From contig WVYN01000021.1 of assembly GCA_011772965.1 (NCBI GenBank), positions 23,243-87,242 of the forward strand: a stretch of 64,000 bases of DNA, in the 5' to 3' direction. This document shows, piece by piece, positions 58,224 through 64,000 of the stretch (the stretch's first letter is position 1; the number at the start of each line of letters is the position of its first letter). The notes below the pieces were generated by a model. The model saw only the letters and a list, made by a program, of their open reading frames with translations. It was not told the DNA's origin and searched no databases. A program made the translations under genes and the position numbers. This stretch comes from Gammaproteobacteria bacterium (GTDB lineage: Bacteria; Pseudomonadota; Gammaproteobacteria; Eutrophobiales; Eutrophobiaceae).

Positions 58224-58514
58224 ATGAAATTTATATCATTAGTATTGTTAATAACCCTGGTGATGCTTCAATACCGGCTTTGGATCGGACATGGGAGCCT
58301 GACCTATGTTCATCACCTGGAAGCTGAAAAGGAAGCACAGATCAGGGAGAATCAGTCCCTGCTGGATCGAAACCTGTCCCTTTCTGCAGAAGTTAAAGAT
58401 CTAAAACATGGTTATTCGGCTATTGAAGAGCGTGCACGCAGTGAAATGGGCATGATCAAAAATGACGAAACCTTTTATCAGGTCGTTCGTCAGCCACAAC
58501 ACCAGCCTGAATAA
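58224..58514 (+). CDS. ftsB: Cell division protein FtsB
   Basis: TM + LQYRLW + coiled coil + AIEERARSEMGMIK; eno-ftsB-ispD synteny. Confidence 0.93.
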   Translation: MKFISLVLLITLVMLQYRLWIGHGSLTYVHHLEAEKEAQIRENQSLLDRNLSLSAEVKDLKHGYSAIEERARSEMGMIKNDETFYQVVRQPQHQPE

Positions 58515-58522
58515 TTCCGGTC

Positions 58523-59212
58523 ATGAGTAATACTGAGCGCTACTGGGCAGTTATTCCTGCTGCCGGAGCAGGGAAACGAATGCAGTCTGATATCCCAAAA
58601 CAGTATCTTCAAATCGACGGCAAACCGATCATTGAATACACACTGGCAGTATTTACCCGACACCCGGATATAGAATCAGTTATCGTTGCAATTTCAGACA
58701 CTGATGAATACTGGAATGAACTAACAGTATCAAAGCATCCCAAGGTAAAAATGACAGAGGGTGGTTTTGAACGTTGTCATTCAGTAATGAATTGTCTAGA
58801 TTATCTCAGTGACATAGCCGATAAAAATGATTGGGTTCTGGTGCATGATGCAGCAAGGCCCTGCCTCAAAAGTACGGATATCGATAAGTTGATCAATAAT
58901 GTCTCCGGTACTGATGGTGGTTTGTTGGCCTTGCCGGTGCGGGATACAATGAAGCGTTCAAATGACAGACATGTCAGTGAAACAGTCAGTCGAGAGGGGC
59001 TCTGGCATGCACTGACACCACAAATGTTCCGTTTGCATAACTTGCAACAGGCCTTGAAGGCAGTGATTGATTCAGGGGAACTGGTAACTGATGAATCATT
59101 GGCGATGGAAAGGGCGGGTTACAGGCCACTGCTCGTGGAAGGGCGCCCGGACAATATCAAGGTAACTCATAATGTAGACCTGTATCTGGCAACTCTCTAT
59201 TTAACATCTTAG
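58523..59212 (+). CDS. ispD: MEP cytidylyltransferase
   Basis: PAAGAGKRM, PKQYL, VHDAARP, TPQMF, NIKVT. Confidence 0.96.
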   Translation: MSNTERYWAVIPAAGAGKRMQSDIPKQYLQIDGKPIIEYTLAVFTRHPDIESVIVAISDTDEYWNELTVSKHPKVKMTEGGFERCHSVMNCLDYLSDIADKNDWVLVHDAARPCLKSTDIDKLINNVSGTDGGLLALPVRDTMKRSNDRHVSETVSREGLWHALTPQMFRLHNLQQALKAVIDSGELVTDESLAMERAGYRPLLVEGRPDNIKVTHNVDLYLATLYLTS

Positions 59213-59221
59213 GAATTTTTT

Positions 59222-59689
59222 ATGCGAATCGGACACGGTTATGACGCACATACCTTTACAGAGGGCAGACCTCTAATTCTTGGTGGTGTTTCAATTCCGC
59301 ACAGCCACGGTCTTGCGGCACATTCTGACGGGGACGCAGTTATCCATGCACTTTGTGATGCCTTGCTCGGTGCAGCAGCGTTGGGAGATATCGGGACTTA
59401 CTTTCCTGATACCAGTAGTAAATATAAAAACATCGATAGCCGTATACTTTTACGCAAAGTGACCAAACTGCTTAGTGACAAAAAGCTTGCTTTGGTTAAT
59501 GCAGACATAACAATCCTGGCACAGGTGCCAAAGATGGCGCCACATATAAAAACCATGCGTAAAAACCTCGCAGAAGACTTGGGAACAGGCATGGAGAAAA
59601 TCAATATCAAGGCCACAACAACCGAGGGAATGGGATTTATCGGCAGAAGTGAAGGTATCGCCGTTTATGCCGTCACCCTTTTGGGTTAA
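59222..59689 (+). CDS. ispF: MEcPP synthase
   Basis: [29 protein letters not shown]. Confidence 0.97.
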   Translation: MRIGHGYDAHTFTEGRPLILGGVSIPHSHGLAAHSDGDAVIHALCDALLGAAALGDIGTYFPDTSSKYKNIDSRILLRKVTKLLSDKKLALVNADITILAQVPKMAPHIKTMRKNLAEDLGTGMEKINIKATTTEGMGFIGRSEGIAVYAVTLLG

Positions 59690-59983
59690 TACCCGCCTAC
59701 CTAGTCATAAGTACGAATAGCCAAAAAACACTATTTTTATAAATGCCAACTGGTTCCGTCTTTATTCTTTAACATCTTGAAAAAAAACGAAACCACAAAA
59801 AACCACATCATCTGTAAAGGTTAAAATAGTCATACACTATATGGTGTATAACCTTTTAGGGTATCAATCTCTCTGCACTAAGTACTTCAATTAGATGATA
59901 GGACTGTATAGACTTTATCGTGTCTGTATCAAAAATGGACACTCTAAATAATAAAATGGTTTACTGGAAAAGGAGAGAGAGCG

Positions 59984-60895
59984 ATGAAAAATACAAATGT
60001 TCTATATGCGCACGAAGTATCTTTCAAGGGGTTTGAACAGCTGGAAGTAGAAATTGATCCTGAGCACAAAGCTGTGTGGCTGTATTTCAATGCAGAACCG
60101 AGATCCTGTTTTACACTCACTCTGTTGAATGAACTCGACAGGTTTCAAGAAATGATTAAACAGCGTGAAGGTAGATTGCCTTGGAACGGTGAACTGGTTG
60201 ATATTGAGTATAATGTCATTACCTCGCGCCATTCGGTATTTAGTTTTGGTGGTGATCTTGATTATTTTATCCAATGCATTGAAAAAAATGATCGGCAATC
60301 ACTGAAACAGTATGCCAAGGCATGCATAGATGCCATCTATTATCATCACATTGGTCGGGAAGTAGGGTTAACTACTATATCACTTGTTCATGGCAATGCA
60401 TTAGGCGGTGGCTTTGAAGCTGCATTATCAAGCAATGTGATTGTTGCAGAACGTAGTGCCGAGATGGGCCTACCCGAGATTCTGTTTAACCTGTTTCCTG
60501 GAATGGGAGCCTTTAATCTCCTGTCTCAGAGAGTATCTGCCAAAGAAGCCGAGAAAATGATGCTTAGTGGCCGCTTATATACGGCAGAAGAGATGTACTA
60601 CAAGGGAATAGTTGATCATCTTGTTGAAGATGGTCTGGGACGTGAGACGATAAACTCGATCATTCGTGGTAATGCAAAACATAAAAATGCGATCGACGCT
60701 ATCCGACACGTTCGACAAATGTCCAATCCTATTGATTATGATCTTTTGATGGAGATTGCTGACCTTTGGGTTGAGTCTGCATTTAGGTTATCTGATAAGG
60801 ACAAGCGTGTTATGAAGCGTCTGGTTAATAGCCAGGTTCGTTTTGCCGAGAACACCAATCCACCGGCAGCATCAGCACTCAGGGTTGCTCAGTGA
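59984..60895 (+). CDS. rpfF: RpfF-like DSF synthase (crotonase superfamily)
   Basis: PRSCFT, FSFGGDLDYF, GNALGGGFEAALS..IVAE...MGLPEILFNLFPGMGA with both catalytic Glu, and W...A..L...D...M.RLV..Q tail, matching Xanthomonas RpfF as recalled; converges on an RpfC-like kinase. Confidence 0.87.
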   Translation: MKNTNVLYAHEVSFKGFEQLEVEIDPEHKAVWLYFNAEPRSCFTLTLLNELDRFQEMIKQREGRLPWNGELVDIEYNVITSRHSVFSFGGDLDYFIQCIEKNDRQSLKQYAKACIDAIYYHHIGREVGLTTISLVHGNALGGGFEAALSSNVIVAERSAEMGLPEILFNLFPGMGAFNLLSQRVSAKEAEKMMLSGRLYTAEEMYYKGIVDHLVEDGLGRETINSIIRGNAKHKNAIDAIRHVRQMSNPIDYDLLMEIADLWVESAFRLSDKDKRVMKRLVNSQVRFAENTNPPAASALRVAQ

Positions 60896-60973
60896 GTAAC
60901 AGAAACAGTTTCATTGTTACATTCTGATTAATTCCTGGATCAGATACATCATGATCTATCAAGGAGTCGAAAA

Positions 60974-62050
60974 ATGGACTATCAAAAGATAAAGCAGCTA
61001 CGTGCCGCTGTTGTTAAGTACACAGATAAGTCGGACAGTAAGGCGTGGTTTCTTTTTGTCGCAGACATTTCAATGTACATCGCTGCAATTTCAGGTATTA
61101 TTTTTCTTGAAAATATTTACGCCAGGATTCTTTGTGCATCGCTGGCAGGTTTCAAGATTGCATCAATATTTGTGATTGCACATGATGCTGCACATGACAG
61201 TTTCGTGAAAAATAAATTCATGAATAAAGTCATAGCACGCATGTCATTTCTGCTTTCATTACATAATTACAGTCTTTGGTTAATTGCTCATAACCGTTCG
61301 CATCATCAAATGACGAACATCAAGGGTCCGAATTCATGGTCGCCTTTGTCATATGATGATTATCAACAGCTTTCAGCTTGGAGAAAGATAGTTGAGCGTG
61401 TTTATCGCACACCAATCGGCATACCCATCTATTATCTGGTTGAACGCTGGTGGAGAGACAAGTTTTATCCTTACAACAGACTTGTTAGTGGTGATAAAAC
61501 AATACACTTCCTGGATTTTTCCATGATATTAGTTTATTTGACGGCTTTCCTGTCACTACTTGTCTTTGCAGGGTTAAATGTCGCACACACCACCCCGATT
61601 GAACTGTTGATACTGGGTTTCATTATTCCCATGCTGGTTTCAGCATTCATGATAGGATTTACTGTTTACTATCAACATACGCATGAGACCATTCCATGGT
61701 TTAGATCAGATGATGAAAGATCTGTAATGGGTGGTGTAGATGAGTTAACCATGCATGTACGATTTCCACATTGGTATAATCTGATTAGCCATAACGCCAT
61801 GGAGCATACGGCTCATCATGTGGATCCACGTATTCCTTGTTATTATCTGGACAAGGCCCAGGCTGAGATAGCAAGGGTATTGGGCGATGAACTGGTCACC
61901 ATGAAATATTCACTACCTGCGCTTCTCAGAACTATGAAGAATTGCAAGTTATATGATTATGAAGAGCACTGTTGGCTGAATTTTAGTGGAGAACCGACCA
62001 CTTCAACAATATTGCTTGATGAGAGCACTAAATTTGTATTTGCCGCATGA
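60974..62050 (+). CDS. Membrane fatty-acid desaturase (Delta12/omega-6 DesA-like)
   Basis: Three His boxes HDAAH, HNRSHH, HTAHH, plus QHTH and IPCYYL; TM segments. Confidence 0.9.
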   Translation: MDYQKIKQLRAAVVKYTDKSDSKAWFLFVADISMYIAAISGIIFLENIYARILCASLAGFKIASIFVIAHDAAHDSFVKNKFMNKVIARMSFLLSLHNYSLWLIAHNRSHHQMTNIKGPNSWSPLSYDDYQQLSAWRKIVERVYRTPIGIPIYYLVERWWRDKFYPYNRLVSGDKTIHFLDFSMILVYLTAFLSLLVFAGLNVAHTTPIELLILGFIIPMLVSAFMIGFTVYYQHTHETIPWFRSDDERSVMGGVDELTMHVRFPHWYNLISHNAMEHTAHHVDPRIPCYYLDKAQAEIARVLGDELVTMKYSLPALLRTMKNCKLYDYEEHCWLNFSGEPTTSTILLDESTKFVFAA

Positions 62051-62106
62051 GTTGATGTTAATAGACCATGTGGTTTATGCAGGTTCAGGATAAATTAGAT
62101 ATTGAA

Positions 62107-64000
62107 CTAGACAGCAGCCGACTTATGCTTATCAAGGAAGGTTAACAGTGCCTTCTTTGTCTCTTCATATATGGATTTCAGTTCAGGCTGTTGTTTTTTC
62201 GCCCGTAAAATATTATCAGCATGCATGAGCTTGTTGATATTATTCGCCATAAAACCAAGTCGTTGTGCACCGATACTCCTTGAACTACCATCCAGAGTAT
62301 GGCTGTGATCCCGTACTTTATCCTTATCTGCTCTGTCAAGATCGGTCTCAATATTATTTATAAGCTTCTCGGCATTTGAAAGGTATTCCTGGATTAATTC
62401 CTGCATAAAGTCATAATTATCTGCCATCCTTGCGATAGATTTCAGAATATCCATATCCATTAGATCCACTTTATAAGGATCATTAGAACTGACTACTTTA
62501 AGTGTTATCTTATTGTTTGATTTTTCGGATATTTTAGGGATTTCCCGGGTCAATGACTCAATCGTGTTGAGCAGTTTCTCAGGTTCAACCGGTTTTGTGA
62601 GATAAGCATCCATCTGCGCATCCTCGCAGGCGGCCAGAGCCTCCTTTGTCGCATTTGCGGTCAACATTACGAAAGGAATATATTTCCTATGTGGATTTGT
62701 GAACCTGAATAACTTGGTCGCATCTATCCCGCTCATGACGGGCATATGCATATCTACAATAACAAGATCAAAATCCTTACTATCCAGAGCGTCCAGTACC
62801 TCCTCACCGTTTTCAACAACTGTTACTTTATGTTGATGATGTTCAAGTATTTTGCTTATTACGAGCTGATTTATCGGGTTATCTTCACCAATCAATATAT
62901 CAAGAGATTTTGATATTCCGGAATAGTTGCCTTTATTTTCTCTGGCCGCAATATATCCTGGTGCTGCTGATAGCTTATTAGTTTCAACAGGTTTAATCAG
63001 TGAATGTAATGTTCGGAATAATATTAGACGGTAAGGCTTGCTGCCTATGACAGAGGAATATCCCTCTGACAGGAATTCTGTTTTCTGTTGCTCATCACAT
63101 TCATCATCGATTAATACAAACTTAAATTTATGTAATAAACCTTTCTCGTCGATTGTTTTTATAAATTGCAGCGGATCAGTATCCAGATATTTCTGGAAAA
63201 CAAGTATTACCATGCATGCAGAAGAATTCTTTTTCTCAAGGAGTGTGAAAGCCTCATGAGCATCCGCAGCAACCACATAATTTGCTTGCCAGGTCTTCAG
63301 ATGCTCTTCAACAGTCTGACTGTATTCAGCCCTTGAATTTACCAGTAGCAGATTTATATGGGAGAAAATACTGCTGACTGCTTTTTCTTCCGAGAGAATA
63401 TTTTGTTTTTCCAGTGTGACTTCAAACCAGAATGTTGAGCCTTTACCCAATTCACTCTCAAGCCCCATCTCACCCTGCAATAATTCCACTAGTTGTTTAG
63501 CTATTGCCATGCCAAGGCCAGTGCCACCATATAGCCGGGTAGTAGTTCCATCGGCCTGTGAAAATTTTTCAAAAATTTTCTTGTGAGCTTCCTGTGGAAT
63601 TCCAATGCCAGTATCATTGACCTCAAAACGTAATTTAATCGTATTTGAAGTCGAACTTATTGGATTGATCCTGATATCAATTCCACCTATCTTGGTAAAT
63701 TTGACAGCATTACTAATGAGATTTACCAGTATTTGGCGAAGATGCTGTGAGTCACCCTTGAGTAGAAATGGAATTTCTGGGGAAATATATGTATTAAATT
63801 TAAGGCCTTTTTTACCGGCCTCCGGCATTAATATCTCAGATGTTGAATTAACAAGTGTATGAAGATTGAAATTAATATTTTCTTTATCAATTTTCCCTGC
63901 CTCAATCTTCGAGATATCTAGAATGTCATTTATTAGTGAGAGTAGGACTCTGGCTGATGACTGTATCGTATGTGTAAATTCCTTCTGTTCAGGATTTAAC
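62107..64000 (-). CDS. rpfC: RpfC-like hybrid sensor histidine kinase (HisKA end, HATPase, degenerate REC, REC, HPt); 5' end outside the window
   Basis: Frame is open to the window edge (LNPEQKEF...[15 protein letters not shown]). [21 protein letters not shown]; REC GEDN...GEEVLDAL...VIVDMHMP...LTANA...YLTKPV; HPt [13 protein letters not shown]. Confidence 0.8.
   Translation of the reverse strand, partial: LNPEQKEFTHTIQSSARVLLSLINDILDISKIEAGKIDKENINFNLHTLVNSTSEILMPEAGKKGLKFNTYISPEIPFLLKGDSQHLRQILVNLISNAVKFTKIGGIDIRINPISSTSNTIKLRFEVNDTGIGIPQEAHKKIFEKFSQADGTTTRLYGGTGLGMAIAKQLVELLQGEMGLESELGKGSTFWFEVTLEKQNILSEEKAVSSIFSHINLLLVNSRAEYSQTVEEHLKTWQANYVVAADAHEAFTLLEKKNSSACMVILVFQKYLDTDPLQFIKTIDEKGLLHKFKFVLIDDECDEQQKTEFLSEGYSSVIGSKPYRLILFRTLHSLIKPVETNKLSAAPGYIAARENKGNYSGISKSLDILIGEDNPINQLVISKILEHHQHKVTVVENGEEVLDALDSKDFDLVIVDMHMPVMSGIDATKLFRFTNPHRKYIPFVMLTANATKEALAACEDAQMDAYLTKPVEPEKLLNTIESLTREIPKISEKSNNKITLKVVSSNDPYKVDLMDMDILKSIARMADNYDFMQELIQEYLSNAEKLINNIETDLDRADKDKVRDHSHTLDGSSRSIGAQRLGFMANNINKLMHADNILRAKKQQPELKSIYEETKKALLTFLDKHKSAAV

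Noticed and set aside
59984-60895. Generic beta-oxidation enoyl-CoA hydratase
   Set aside because: RpfF-type motifs, an adjacent RpfC-like kinase, and no neighbouring fad genes.

Overview
Chromosomal segment of a Gammaproteobacterium. The taxonomy is inferred from the synteny blocks carAB-greA-rlmE-ftsH-glmM, leuB-asd-fimV-truA-trpFBA-accD-folC-dedD-cvpA-purF and pyrG-kdsA-eno-ftsB-ispDF. Four accessory modules sit in this backbone. (1) Left end: a translationally coupled C39-like peptidase / RLAN+RimK-type ATP-grasp / GCS2 ligase operon. (2) An AT-richer block after purF with two DUF1631-like paralogs, a perfect CRP-family box and an orphan pseudopilin. (3) icd-aceK, a SAM-II-riboswitch-controlled metZ, and a compact serine-cycle operon (sga-mcl-mtkAB-hpr-ppc) with fhs nearby. 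(4) Right end: an AT-richer DSF-type quorum-sensing locus in which an RpfF-like synthase is followed by a membrane fatty-acid desaturase and faces an RpfC-like hybrid kinase. Module 4 is the best candidate for an undescribed system (a desaturase-tailored DSF signal). Smaller observations include a probable non-canonical start for glmM, a carA leader attenuator, a frameshifted small HTH gene inside the trp cluster, a sigma54/NtrC-like promoter and a truncated ClC channel. No rRNA, tRNA, CRISPR array or transposase was recognised. All family calls are from motif recognition by eye; no database search was run.
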